The position numbers were made by a program, and so were the translations under genes. This document shows, one piece after another, positions 14,511-33,724 of a stretch of DNA of 64,000 bases; within the stretch, counting starts at the first letter, position 1; every line of letters begins with the position of its first letter. Under the pieces are notes generated by a model. The model had not been told where the DNA came from, did no database searches, and was given only the letters and a program-made list of their open reading frames with translations. The DNA comes from Octopus vulgaris (lineage: Eukaryota): contig OX597836.1 of assembly GCA_951406725.2 (NCBI GenBank), forward strand, positions 19,158,001 to 19,222,000. Reading direction: 5' to 3'.

Positions 14511-14569
14511 TGAAGAAGGAGGAGGAGGAGGAGGAGGAGGAGGAGAAGAAGAAGAAGAAGAAGAAGAAG

Positions 14570-14600
<31 letters not shown>

Positions 14601-14677
14601 GGAAGAAGAAGAAGTGGAAGAAGAAGTGGAAGAGGAAGAGGAAGAAGAAGAAGAAGAAGAAGAAGAAGAAGAAGAAG

Positions 14678-14708
<31 letters not shown>

Positions 14709-14998
14709 GGAAGAAGAAGTGGAAGAAGAAGAAGTGGAAGAAGAAGTGGAAGAAGACGAAGAGGGAAGAAGAAGAAGAAGATAAAGAAGAAGTGGAAGAA
14801 GAAGAAGAAGAAGAAGAAGAAGAAGAAGATAAAGAAGAAGAAGAAGAAGAAGAAGAAGAAGAAGAAGAAGAAGAAGAAGAAGAAGAAGAAGAAGAAGAAG
14901 AAGAAGAAGAAGAAGAAGAAGAAGAAGAAAAAGAAGAAGAAGAAGAAGAAGAAGAAGAAGAAGAAGAAGAAGAAGAAGAAGAAGAAGAAGAAGAAGAA
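14511..14998. repeat. (GAA)n/(GAG)n polypurine microsatellite
   Basis: About 490 bp of near-pure GAA/GAG/GTGGAA. Confidence 0.95.
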
Positions 14999-15351
14999 AT
15001 TAAAGATGGGAAGGAAGGAAGATTGAAAATGTTGAACAAAACAAAAAAGGGAGCTACAAGATCCCTAATAACATGGGCACACTTCTACTACAACTAATAG
15101 CACCACTGCTACCATTTGTGAAGGATCCTGTGTGTGGTTGTTTGACCAGCTAGAAATAGCTGCTAGGTTTTTCCCTTAAATTACCGCCTACCATCTTGGA
15201 AGTTAGAAGATGACTTTGGATAATGTTATCAGAGATATGCAATGTTCAGGGGGAAAGATGGGATGGATTGGTCATGGTTGGAATGTTGCGGATGGTTTGC
15301 GTTCTATGTTTGCTCAGTCATGTCTGACCAAGGGTTAAACAACAGCAATTG

Positions 15352-15850
15352 AACATCACAACAACCACTACAACCATCATGACAATGACCACCACCACCA
15401 CTACCACCTACACTATCATCGCTACCACCTACACCACACCACAACCAACACCATCACCACCACCACCACTACCACCTACACTATCATCGCTACCACCTAC
15501 ACCACACCACAACCAACACCATCACCACACCACCACCACCACTACCATCGCTACCACCTACACCACACCACAACCAACACCATCACCACACCACCACTAC
15601 CAACTACACTATCATCGCTACCACCTACACCACACCACAACCAACACCATCACCATTGCTAGTGGTGGTGGTGGCGGCGGTGGTGGTGGTGGTGGCGGCG
15701 GTGGTGGTTGTAGTGGTGGTGGTGGTGGTGGTGGTGGTGGTAGTGGTGTTGCCAACAGCTTCACTACCACAACAATCACTACCAGTAACAATACCATCAA
15801 TCAACCATCACACCATCACTCCTACTGTCATCACCACCAAGCTACAACCA
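15352..15850. repeat. (CAC/CAA)n - (GGT)n compound repeat
   Basis: Triplet repeat whose strand polarity flips near 15660 and again near 15750. Confidence 0.85.
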
Positions 15851-16295
15851 ATGAACCCTAACTGCCGCCAACACCCCTACTATTATATGATATAAATTGA
15901 ACACACAGACACACACAGAAACCCCTAAAATATCAGACAACAAACTAGTCACTAATCCCTCCTACACACACATACACACACACACACACACACTTTTTTT
16001 TTTACCTCCTTAAGAAAAAATACAGTGGGAAGGGTCTGTCTCATAATACTAGACAGTTACAATTTTAAAAGGGTTTTCCTACACACAGTGACAGGCAGAA
16101 AGGGATAAAAGGATGGTAGGTTGGGTGGGTGATCGGGACTAGTGATAGGAGCCATTGAAGTGGGGGACAGTAGCAGCTGGCTTCCATAACTGTAGTAGTA
16201 AGGATTAAAATTAGGGAACAGATAAATACACACACACACTCATATATATATGCATATGTATAAACAAATATATATATGCGTGTGTGTGTACGGAT

Positions 16296-16327
<32 letters not shown>

Positions 16328-16687
16328 TAGAAGAAATGAGGTAATCAGAAGATCGGATGGTTCATATTTACAGATATTTATTTATATATTACATTTTTTA
16401 CATATATATATATCATATCATTCAGATCATACCATTCAGATCATTAGCGCTTTCTCCCATTCTAGTGGGGTTTTCATTATAATATTGTAAATCAGGAGAA
16501 GAGTATCTCTTATTATAAATACCCTATAAAATATAGAGCAGTTATTTATTTTTGTATGTGTAACATAAGCCTAGTAAAAAATCATTGGTTTCATGTCTAG
16601 CAGGAACTAATCCCATCAGTTACTGTTTAGAAAAACTGAAAAGATGTCTAGTTCACGCCAAGGTTTTTTTAAACTTACACTACACAT

Positions 16688-16738
<51 letters not shown>

Positions 16739-16932
16739 CACAAAAAGGGGATAAATTCATGAAATGAAAATCAAAAACGTTTACAAACTCAGCTTTTTGT
16801 GTATCTAGTACTTGCTTCTTCTTTTAGAGGCCTTTTAATGTACTTATATATGAATAACATATAGTCTAATGACTAATTTGTCTTTTGTGCTAGATCACTG
16901 GTAATAATAATTTATTTTATTACCCTATTTAC

Positions 16933-17009
<77 letters not shown>

Positions 17010-17229
17010 ATATATATATAGCTATTCCTTCTACTTTTAAAGTAGAAGGAATAGCTAAGATTTTTTGACTGCTATTTCTAAACTTCGGTATGTGGTGAAG
17101 CAAATCTTTGCTGAACCCTAATTATAAAAGTATTACTTAAGCTTACCATGAAATGGTATTTTTCATGCCGAATTCTACTTGGTGAAATTACTGATTACTT
17201 CTTAATTAATTAATTTTACCCTTTGTTAT

Positions 17230-17327
<98 letters not shown>

Positions 17328-17863
17328 CTCTATGACAGGTTGTGGGGTTCAATGTACTGCTGTGTTTACTGTTACAAAAGAGAGAAAGAAACCCTAATAT
17401 AATTGTAGAGGAATCTTCACAGTGGTATAGTTGAAGGTTTCAAAGCCTGTCTGTGACTGCCACCTTAATTCCGGATCCCAAAACTACCAGACATATGTAT
17501 GTGTGTGTGTGTATGTGTTCATGTGTGCATGTGTGTACATCTATGTACATGTGCATACTTACACACACGCGTGTGTGTATGTACATGTATGTATATATAT
17601 ATATATATATATATACACCAAAGCGATTAAAATTAAAATTTCTCTCTCCTTATATATATATATATATAAGCATATGTGCGTCTATACATATGTATGTATA
17701 TATATATACTTGTGTGTGTGTGTGTGCACGCAGACGTGTGTGTGTGTGTGTGTGTGTGTGCATGTGACATAAAAACCCTAAAAAGAAAACAGCTTGAACA
17801 ACAAAAAGTAGAAAAAAAGATTGAACAGCATAAAGATAAATTGAACTTACAGATGAAAAGAGA

Positions 17864-17908
<45 letters not shown>

Positions 17909-18221
17909 AATATATAAATATATATGTGTAATTAGCAGAGTGTCGCTAATGAATTAGTAATGCTCTGTTTGAGTCAGGATCGTTGTTGATGTTTCGCCTT
18001 TAAATATAATAAGCCCTGATATATGTCCCTTTTTTCTACTTAAAAAGCACCGGGGTCAGCTTGTACTGTATATGTGCAGTTTAACAGTTACACACAAAGG
18101 GGAACTAATCCATTTTGTGATAAGGGGGTGAAAGGTATGGTGAGAAGAGAGCTGACTAAAAAGGGACAGAGCAAGAGAAAGTGGGAGACTGAGGAGAAAG
18201 GAACTGTATGAGCAAGAAGAC

Positions 18222-18752
<531 letters not shown>

Positions 18753-19051
18753 AAGACAGATGGAAGGAGGATAGATAAAGATATATATAGGTAGATGTAG
18801 AGACAGCAAGATTGATGGAAAAGGCGGAGAGCTGGCAGAAACATTAGCATGCCAGGCGAAATGCTTAGCGGTATTTCGTCTACCGTTACGTTCTGAGTTC
18901 AAATTCCGCTGAGGTTGACTTTGCCTTTCATCCTTTTGGGGTCGATAACTAAAGTACCAATCACACACTGGGGGTTGATGTAATCGACTTAATCCCTTTG
19001 TCTGTCCTTGTTTGTCCCCTCTATGTTTAGCCCCTTGTGGGCAATAAAGAA

Positions 19052-19083
<32 letters not shown>

Positions 19084-19821
19084 ACCATTTTTACCCCTCT
19101 GCAAAAAAATCTCAAATTTTATTTAATTTGATTTTCACGGAAAGGAAAATTTCATTGAAGACATGTATCGCCTTGACCTTCGAAACGTGGAGTAGATGAA
19201 ATTAAGGCGACTGAAGAAGGGGAACTTTCCTTGTTTTGTATGTCCTGTACTCTATTTTTACGTTGTTTTAAAAAAATGTCCATTTCCTTGGTTTTGTGTT
19301 TATGTTTTCGTTTCTCATTGTGTTCAACGTTTTTTTGGTGTCCTGTACCCATATATGCATGTATATATACATGTAGAGGTAGGTACGTACATATATGTAT
19401 GTATATATATGCTTATATTTTATTTATTTATTAATTTATATATATATATATATATGCTTTTATTCTTTTATTTGTTTCAGTCATTTCACTGCAGGCATAC
19501 TGGAGCACTGCCTTTAGTCAACCAAATCGACCCCAGGACTTATTCTTTGTAAGCCCAGTACTTATTCTATTGGTCTCTTTTGCTGAACCGCTAAGTTACG
19601 GGGACATAAACACACAACATTGGTTGTCAAGCGATGTTGGGGGACAAACACAGACACAAGCATATACATATATATGTATATATATGACAAGCTTCTTTCA
19701 GTTTCCGTCTACCGAATCCACTCACAAGGCTTTGGTCAGCCCAAGATACCATGCAGTGGGACTGAACACGGAACTACCATGTAAGCAAGCTTCTTACCAC
19801 ACAGCCACTCCTGTGCCTGCC

Positions 19822-19854
<33 letters not shown>

Positions 19855-20099
19855 TCTTTTACTCTTTTACTCATTTCAGCAATGTGGTTGCAGTGATGCT
19901 GGAGCATATACATATATATATGTATATACAAAATTTAGAGGACTGACCACTAAAAGTGGACAGCCTATACACTAGAGATAGATGTCAAAATCACCATTTT
20001 CCACAAAGAATGTGTTCTCAAGAAAAACAAAACTCACAAAAAACCAAAGTGTAAAAATAAGCAAGACAAATGAAAATATACGAAATATAAAACGATTAC

Positions 20100-20174
20100 C
20101 TATGTACTAATTAGTTTCACTTGTTAATATTTATGTATATGGATATGCAAACATCTGCAAGATCATCAGCATAG
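20100..20174 (-). ncRNA. Minimal type I hammerhead ribozyme motif
   Basis: ctatg-CTGATGA-tcttg..caagt-GAAA-ctaattag-TA-catag; palindromic stem III; GUA site. Confidence 0.78.
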
Positions 20175-20372
20175 TCTGTCATTTACAAAACACAATTTCC
20201 AGATCTAGACACAGAATGCTCAACCGAAATCCAGCATGTATAAAGTTCAACAAATTATATTTATGTGTATCTTTCAAATGCCTTTACTTTACAGCGAATT
20301 TACCAGAACAAGAACAAGAACGGTCAGCCGTTAGTAAGGAGAGACACACAAATAAGAAAGAAGAAAGCAAAG

Positions 20373-20416
20373 GACCACTGATGCGGTCACAGGAGTGTGA
20401 CGAAAGAACTCTGGCC
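20373..20416 (+). ncRNA. Hammerhead-like motif with altered core
   Basis: gacca-CTGATGC-g-gtcaca ggag tgtgac-GAAA-gaac-TC-tggcc. Confidence 0.45.
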
Positions 20417-20534
20417 GAAATAAGATTAAGTTTAATGTAAAAAATAAATAAAGCTGAAGCAAATTAACACCAAATAAAGAGCGTGTGTGTTTTTATTGGC
20501 TAAACTGGCAACATGACCATCCCTAAATACAACA

Positions 20535-25318
<4,784 letters not shown>

Positions 25319-25507
25319 GTTATGGTATATTCCATTAAGAATGTGGCAGAGTACAGTATAAAGCTCATCTACCCTAAGAAACACATAATCAATAGTATCC
25401 AACAGCATTATATCCTTTCAAATTTATGTTTAGATATTCATTGTGTGTGAATATAAAATGAAAAGAAACTGGAGTCAACAAGGGGTACAGTCGGACAGTT
25501 ATTTTTT

Positions 25508-25614
25508 TATCACTACGGTCGTCTCCAAACAACCTAGATCTTCAAAAATACAGGTATTGATCATGCAACTGTTTGTTTCCATAATGAGATCTAGTTGTGT
25601 TTCCTCAGGTGATA
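25508..25614 (-). ncRNA. Hammerhead motif with long stem II and GAAA>GAGA change (probably inactive)
   Basis: tatcac-CTGAGGA-aaca..ctagatct/agatctag..tgtt-..GAGA-cgaccg-TA-gtgata. Confidence 0.55.
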
Positions 25615-25751
25615 TTCAAGTCTTGTCTCCACTAGTTTAAAATCATTGACTTCAAGGCCAGCCCATCCGTCTGTTTCGGTTTGAATTAATAGGAGCTGGT
25701 AGATTCATGTTGTTTGTTGCAAGAGTGCAGTTGTTTTATATATGCAAATAT

Positions 25752-25924
25752 AGGCGCAGGAGTGGCTGTGTGGTAAGTAGCTTGCTAACCAACCACATGG
25801 TTCCGGGTTCAGTCCCACTGCGTGGCATCTTGGGCAAGTGTCTTCTGCTATAGCCCTAGGGCCGACCAATGCCTTGTGAGTGGATTTGGTAGACGGAAAC
25901 TGAAAGAAGCCTGTCGTATATATG

Positions 25925-25955
<31 letters not shown>

Positions 25956-26161
25956 ATGTGTCTGTGTTTGTCCCCCTAGCATTGCTTGACAACCGATGCT
26001 AGTGTGTTTACGTCCCCGTCACTTAGCGGTTCAGCAAAAGAGATCAATAGAATAAGTACTGGGCTTACAAAGAATAACTCCCGGGGTCGATTTGCTCGAC
26101 TAAAGGCGGTGCTCCAGCATGGCCGCAGTCAAATGACTGAAACAAGTAAAAGAGTAAAAGA
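25752..26161 (+). mobile_element. tRNA-derived SINE family B (full copy; others at ~19460-19820, 29565-29795, 36880-37025, 42385-42810, 44310-44702)
   Basis: A-box tggctgtgtgg, B-box-like ggttcagtccc, central microsatellite, tail ..ccagcatggccgcagtcaaatgactgaaacaagtaaaaga. Confidence 0.8.
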
Positions 26162-26457
26162 GTATATATATATTCTTCTTTTTGGCTTTTTCTCAACATC
26201 CAATCCTCCTTATTTCCTTCCCTTACAAGAGGAATTAACCCAACCGGAATCTACCCAGTATTCACTCTACATTGAGTGAGAAAACGGTATGGACGGATGT
26301 TTCGAGTCCAATATTACCCTGTACACCTATTTGATTATGAACATTTACAAGCATACTTTCTCAGTGATACTCAGTTTACCTACCATTATAAATAATACCA
26401 AATGTTCTTTCTCAAACCTTTCATAATGCGATACAAGTCTTTGGTGTAGCAATTGCA

Positions 26458-26552
26458 TGCGGCTGAAGAGGGCTTTTAAACTATCTGTTATGTCGATTAT
26501 ACATTGATGTAAGAATAAGTTGTTTTATAAAGCTCGAAACATGTGTACCGCA
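26458..26552 (+). ncRNA. Minimal type I hammerhead ribozyme motif (long stem II)
   Basis: tgcgg-CTGAAGA-gggcttt..aaagctc-GAAA-catgtg-TA-ccgca. Confidence 0.78.
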
Positions 26553-26906
26553 ACATCCTTTGTGTTCTGTTTTTTATTTCATTTGATACATATATATATA
26601 TTTATGTGTCTGTATATGCATGTGTGTGTGTGTGTATATATATATACACACACATATATCTTTATCTCTTTTATACTCTTTTACTTGTTTCAGTCATTTG
26701 ACTGCAGCCATGCTGGAGCACCGCCTTTAGTCGAGCAAATCGACTCCGGGACTTATTCTTTGTAAGCCTAGTATTTATTCTATCGGTCTCTATTGCCGAA
26801 CCGCTAAGTTACGGGGACGTAAACACACCAGCATCGGTTATCTATCTATATATATATACATATATATATGTGTGTATGGTTCTGCAAATTATATTTTCCT
26901 ATGACG

Positions 26907-26966
26907 ATCACACTGATGAATTACAGACATTTATGTAAATGGTAACAATGAAACCTGGTTTGTGAT
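26907..26966 (+). ncRNA. Minimal type I hammerhead ribozyme motif
   Basis: atcaca-CTGATGA-att..aat-GAAA-cctgg-TT-tgtgat; a related copy near 9826 has lost the GAAA half. Confidence 0.7.
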
Positions 26967-27559
26967 TAATCTTTATATTTTGTATCTTTCATTTGTCTTG
27001 CTCGCTTACGTTCTGGCGTTTGCTGAATTTTCTTGAGAACAATCTTTTCTTAGTAGTCAGACCTTGTAGGGTCTTTTTGTAGCACAATGGATGTCCACTT
27101 AGTGGTCATCTACTCTTATATGTATGTTTTTGTTTTTGTTTATTTTTAGTGAGGTTCCAAGACAGTGGAGATGGATAGATAAAAATATATGTAGGTATAT
27201 AGTCTGTTTGACTGAGTGATTGGTAGATAGTTAGATGGATATGTTTCTTTATTGGCCACACAGGACTGAAGACAGAGGGGACAAAATACAAAGTAGAGCT
27301 TTTCATTTTGGGAAGAATAAGAGAAAAAAAAATTGGGTCCAATTTCGATCAAAAGGGATCATGGAAAAAAAAAAAGGCCGATCAGTAGGGATCACATATC
27401 ACAGAAATATCAATGTAAAAAGGGAAAACAGATTAGGCTTATCCATGGAAAGAAAAGCCTATGGAGAAGACTACGGTAACCTTGGGCAATAACGTCATGC
27501 AAAAAAATCACATACCAGTAAGTGACTCTTTTTTTTTTGTTTTATAGGATTATGTTCAA

Positions 27560-27960
27560 GGTGGCTTCATCATTCACAGGTGCCACCTTTGCTACATTCA
27601 CCCATCTTTTTTGAAACATTCTCTAGACAAAACTTCCTTCCTCTTCAAGTGATATTTGAAGAAGTTGATGAGAGATTCACCAGAGAGGAAAGTGTTTGTC
27701 TCTGGACCTTTCAGATGCATCCACCATACACATTCTTTCACCATAGCCACAAGTACGATGAAAATGGCTCTTCCTTCCCGTTTGAAGGAAGGAGGCGTGA
27801 CAACATTCATGATAGACTTGGTTGATAAACTGTCCGAATGTGTGCAGAACGGTTTCATCGCTCTGACCGCATCTCAGACAGGTTAGCCCCATGTTTCTTG
27901 AGCCATGCATGTAGAGCTTATCCTGAACAGATGGCACTGACAGGCTAGGTATCTCCGGAA
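27560..27960 (-). mobile_element. Tx1-like LINE C-terminal zinc-finger fragment
   Basis: VQDKLYMHG..CLRCGQSDETVLH (zf-RVT-like), frameshifted. Confidence 0.6.
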
Positions 27961-28208
27961 GTTGATCATAGGTCCCGGCCCAGATAGATAGATACATGGA
28001 TAGATGGATGGATGGATGGATGGATGGTGGGTGGTTGGGTCGATCGATCGATCGATCATATATTTTGTCACTGTTGAAGAACTGAAAAAGTGCCTTAAGA
28101 CTGGATTGATGCCATTTTAGTCTCCTTGTATAAATCTGGGCCAAAGGATCTGTGTGGGATTTCGCTTTTGTCTGTGGTTGGAAAAATACATGCCCACATT
28201 TTGTTAGA

Positions 28209-29560
28209 ATGTTTAAATTCCTTTATAGTTCCACTGAGACAGAACTGGAAGATATCAAGGCAACATGGATTGCTCCAGATATTCATGAGCAGTTGAAAAT
28301 TGATCTCTCAAAACTTACATCTGAACGAGACATCTTAGAAGAAATCGAAAAGAAAGATATCCTTCTCCGGAAACTGGGCAGTGATTTGAATACTGAACGA
28401 CATCTTCGGTTTGAAATAGAAGACGATCTTGAAGAGAAGAACAAGATTATAGAAGAAGAAATCGAAAAGAAAGATATCCTTCTCCGGAAACTGGGCAGTG
28501 ATTTGAATACTGAACGACATCTTCAGTTTGAAATAGAATACGATCTTGAAGAGAAGAACAAGATTATATCTTTGAAAGATAACAATATTCGCGAACTGAA
28601 CAACCAAATTCGAGATTTGAAGAAGTTGCAAGACCAGTTAGATGAATACGACAACATTAAGAATTAATACAAACAATTAGTTGCTGATGCTGATAATCAG
28701 CATGATGAACTTAAATCATTGAAATTGGAAAATACTTCATTCATCATCACTTAGCATCCGCTTTCCATGCTAGCATGGGTTGGACGGTTCAACTGGGGTC
28801 TGTGAAGCCAGAAGGCTGCATCAGGCCCAGTCTGATCTGGCAGTGTTTCTACGGCTGGATGCCCTTCCTAACGCCATGCCCTTCATTAAAGAATGAAAAT
28901 GCTGAAATGCATGAAGAACTGAAGGAAATAAAATCACAATTGAAGGTGGCTCAGTTAGACCAAGTTAAGAGCTTGAAGGAGCTACAATTAGAACAGAGGA
29001 AAAGTTTTAATCTCCAATTGCACTTGGATCACAAGCAGAAAATCCTGGATGAGACAATTCAGAGCAAAAATTTCTCAGAAGACAGTTTAGCAGAACTGAG
29101 AGAAATATGGATGGAAGCACTCCGTCGGTTACGACGACGAGGGTTCCAGTTGATCCGAATCAACGGAACAGCCTGCTCGTGAAATTAACGTGTAAGTGGC
29201 TGAGCACTCCACAGACACGTGTACCCTTAACGTAGTTCTCGGGGATATTCAGCGTGACACAGAGTGACAAGGCCGGCCCTTTGAAATACAGGTACAACAG
29301 AAACAGGAAGTAAGAGTGAGAGAAAGTTGTGGTGAAAGAGTACAGCAGGGATCACCACCATCCCCTGCCGGAGCCGCGTGGAGCTTTAGATGTTTTTGCT
29401 CAATAAACACTCACAACGCCCGGTCTGGGAATCGAAACCGCGAGTCCGCTGCCCTAACCACTGGGCCATTGCGCCTCCACACCGAGAGAAATGTACGAAG
29501 TATTGAAGAGAGATTATGAAGAAACACTTGCATTTCAGTGAGAAAAGCAACCAGCTGGAG
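28209..29560 (+). pseudogene. Decayed intronless coiled-coil ORF interrupted by SINE insertions
   Basis: E/K/L-rich frame with a 117-bp internal duplication and an in-frame TAA at 28665. The frame resumes after removing SINEs at ~28742-28880 (TSD cttcatt) and ~29110-29482 (TSD gagagaaat). Confidence 0.6.
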
Positions 29561-29799
29561 AAAACACACCAGCATCGGTTGTCAAGCAATGCTAGGGGGA
29601 CAAACACAGACACGCATATATATATATATACATATATACGACGGGCTTCTTTCAGTTTCCGTCTACCAAATCCACTCACAAGGCTTTGGTCGGCCCGAGG
29701 CTATAGTAGAAGACACTTGCCCAAGGTGCCACGCAGTGGGACTGAACCCAGAACCATGTGGTTGGTAAACAAGCTACTTACCACACAGCCACTCCTAAG

Positions 29800-30810
29800 G
29801 TTGCCCAGAAGAATTTATAAACATGATCAGGGTTTTGTATCAATATATAAAAGCTAGAGTTAACTTTGGTGGTAGACTCTCTGAATCTTTTGTCGTGGAA
29901 AATGGAGTAAAGCAAGGAGAGCTTGATGCACCTACCCACTTTGCAATATCCTTTGCTGTAGTGTTATTACAGGGTTTTCAAAACTCTGAGGAGGGTGTTT
30001 ACATAAAATATGGAACAAGAGGGAATGTTTTCAATCTGACCAGACTGGCTCTATACAAACCATTTGTCTTACCATCCCTGTTGTATTCCTGTGAAACTTG
30101 GACTTATGAAAGGCATTTTAAATTGTTAGAACAATTCCACCAAAAATGCCTTTTAAAACGCATTTTAAAAATTAAATGGAGTTCTTTTACTCCAAACACA
30201 GGTGTCCTTGCATCTGCAAGCATCACCTCAATTAAAGCTATGATTTTGAGGAACCAAATGACATGGTGTGGCCATATTATTCGAATGGCAGATGAACGCA
30301 TGCTGAAACAGCTGTTTTATGGCAAGCTTGCAGAGGGGAAATGCTATTGGTATAAACCTAAAAAATGGTTTAAGGATGGCATAAGGACTACTATGAAGTC
30401 ACTTGGAATAGATTCATTGAAAAGGCCAGGATAACACATGTAAGACTCAAAAGAGATCTAAGGAAGAATGTAATGATCGACAATAACCTTTTTATGTGCA
30501 CAGACTGTGACAGACCATGCCTATCTTTTGCTGGGATCAAATCTCATCTGTGAGCCCATGGAAAACAAACCTCCGCCAACTATTCTGCCTATATGTCTGT
30601 GTACACCTTTGAATGCAGTGTACGCCAGAAGGTTTGCAAATCCAACGGAGGCCTCAAAAGACATTTTAAGACCCACAAAGATCAGAACTTATCTGCAGCT
30701 CTTGGTGGTCCAAATCGGATGTGCAACCTGTGTGGGTGTCTTTTCAGAACATTGTCTGGTTTAAAAAGCCAGATCAGATGCCATGATGGTTCTAAGGTGT
30801 AGGTACAAGA
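29800..30810 (+). mobile_element. RTE (BovB-like) LINE fragment with C-terminal C2H2 fingers
   Basis: NGVKQG, LPSLLYSCETWT, WCGHIIRMADERMLKQLFYG; C2H2-like FECSV..GLKRHFKTH. Confidence 0.75.
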
Positions 30811-30849
30811 GGTGATCAAACTGTGCATAAGGAGTAGACAACCACCCCA

Positions 30850-31012
30850 TACATACATATATATATATATATACATACATATACATACATACATACATAT
30901 ATATACATACATACATATATATATACATACATATACATACATACATATATATATACATACATACATACATATATATACATACACACATATATATACATAC
31001 ATATATATATAC

Positions 31013-31075
<63 letters not shown>

Positions 31076-31549
31076 CATACACACATATATATACATACAT
31101 ATATACACATACATATACATATATACACATACATATACATATATACATACATACATACATATATATATACATACATACATATATCACGTGATCACGTGAC
31201 TGACAAGACCATCAGATGTTGTTACACATCGCTGGTCACATTGCGTTCGCATTGTTTTAGCCTTCAAATGACGCCACCCCACTGGCTAAGCGAGCAGGCC
31301 AACAGAAGAAAGAGTGGGAGAAAGAGAGGTGAAAGAGTACAGCAGGTATCACCACACCCTGCCGGAGCCTCGTGGAGCTTTTAGGTGTTTTCGCTCAATA
31401 AACACTCACAACGCCCGGTCTGGGAATCGAAACCGCGATCCTACAACCGCGAGTCCGCTGCCCTAACCACTGGGCCATTGCGCCTCCACATATATATATA
31501 CATACATACATATATATATACATACATACATACATATATATATACATAC

Positions 31550-31587
<38 letters not shown>

Positions 31588-31851
31588 ATACATATATATA
31601 TATATATATACATACATATATATATATATATACATATATACATACATATATATATATATATATATACATACATATATACATACATATATATATACATACA
31701 TATATACATACATATATACATATATACATATATATATACATATATATACATATATACATACATATATATATATATATACATATATATATACATACATATA
31801 TATATATATACATATATATATACATACATATATATATATATACATACATAT

Positions 31852-31890
<39 letters not shown>

Positions 31891-32068
31891 CATATATATA
31901 TACATATATACATACATATATATATACATATATATACATATATACATACATATATATATATATATATATACATACATATATACATACATATATACATACA
32001 TATATACATACATATATACATACATATATACATACATATATATATATATACATACATATATACATACA

Positions 32069-32167
<99 letters not shown>

Positions 32168-32216
32168 CATATATATATACACATATATATACATATATAT
32201 ATATATATATACATAT

Positions 32217-32282
<66 letters not shown>

Positions 32283-32308
32283 ATATACATATATATATAC
32301 ATATATAT

Positions 32309-32339
<31 letters not shown>

Positions 32340-32509
32340 TACATACATATATATATATATATACATATATACATACATATATATATATATACATATATAC
32401 ATACATATATATATATATACATATATACATACATATATATATATATATATATACATACATATATATATATATACATATATACATACATATATACATACAT
32501 ATACATATA

Positions 32510-32543
<34 letters not shown>

Positions 32544-32688
32544 TACATACATATATACATACATATATACATACATATATATATACATACATATACATAC
32601 ATATATATATACATACATATATATATACAAATATATATACAAATATACATACATATATATATACATATATATATACACATATATATAT

Positions 32689-32735
<47 letters not shown>

Positions 32736-32872
32736 CATATATACATATATATATATATACATACATATATACATATAAATATACATACATATTTATATAT
32801 ATGTATATATACATACATATATACATACATATATACATATATGCATACACATATATATATACATATATATAT

Positions 32873-32943
<71 letters not shown>

Positions 32944-33120
32944 CATACATATATATATACATACATATATATATATATACATTCATACATATATACATTC
33001 ATACATATATACATACATATATATATACATACATTCATACATATATACACATATATATATACATACATATATACACATATATATATATATATATATACAT
33101 ACATATATATATATATATCC
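30850..33120. repeat. (TA)n/(TACA)n array split by a SINE
   Basis: Arrays at 30850-31185 and 31488-33120. Confidence 0.95.
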
Positions 33121-33122
33121 AT

Positions 33123-33204
33123 ATACTGCCGAAGATTGTCATATATAACAAATTCAAATTAGATTTATTTAATTTGTGTATTGAACATGAAACTAGTTCA
33201 GTAT
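33123..33204 (+). ncRNA. Hammerhead ribozyme motif with CCGAAGA core variant
   Basis: atactg-CCGAAGA-ttgt..acat-GAAA-ctag-TT-cagtat; 6-bp stem I and palindromic stem III. Confidence 0.65.
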
Positions 33205-33573
33205 TAACCACTTTAACTTTAAAATAAACTTTATTCATCTTGCCCGCTTTTACAGTTATTTTGTATCAAGGTAAATTGTTGATGCCTTATTTAAGCATCA
33301 ATTATTCACCATGCATGGAGGCAAAGTTTTTTAACTGCACTCCTCTCTTTACACATAGATATATACACACACACACACATAGAGTGAAGGTGTGTGGCTT
33401 GGTGGTTAAGGCATTGGGCTCATAACTGTAACGTCATGAGTTCAATTCTTGGCAATGTGTTGTGTCCTTAACCAAAACAGTTCATTTCACGTTGCTCCAG
33501 TTCAAACATTTACTTAAAACTAAATAAAGTACTAAATAATAGATAGTATATAATTATATATATACATACATAC

Positions 33574-33622
<49 letters not shown>

Positions 33623-33724
33623 GGAGTAAATACATAAATGTGAAACAAGGTGGAAAAAAGAGTACTCAAATACCAGAGGTAGAGTAGTATGCTTTATTTA
33701 AAAGCAGCAGAAATTTAACAAAAG

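Noticed and set aside
14455-15097. Poly-E/K/S/F ORFs
   Set aside because: Translation of the (GAA)n tract.
31420-31488. tRNA-like A/B boxes (also 25752, 44020, 63520)
   Set aside because: These are heads of multi-copy SINEs, not tRNA genes.
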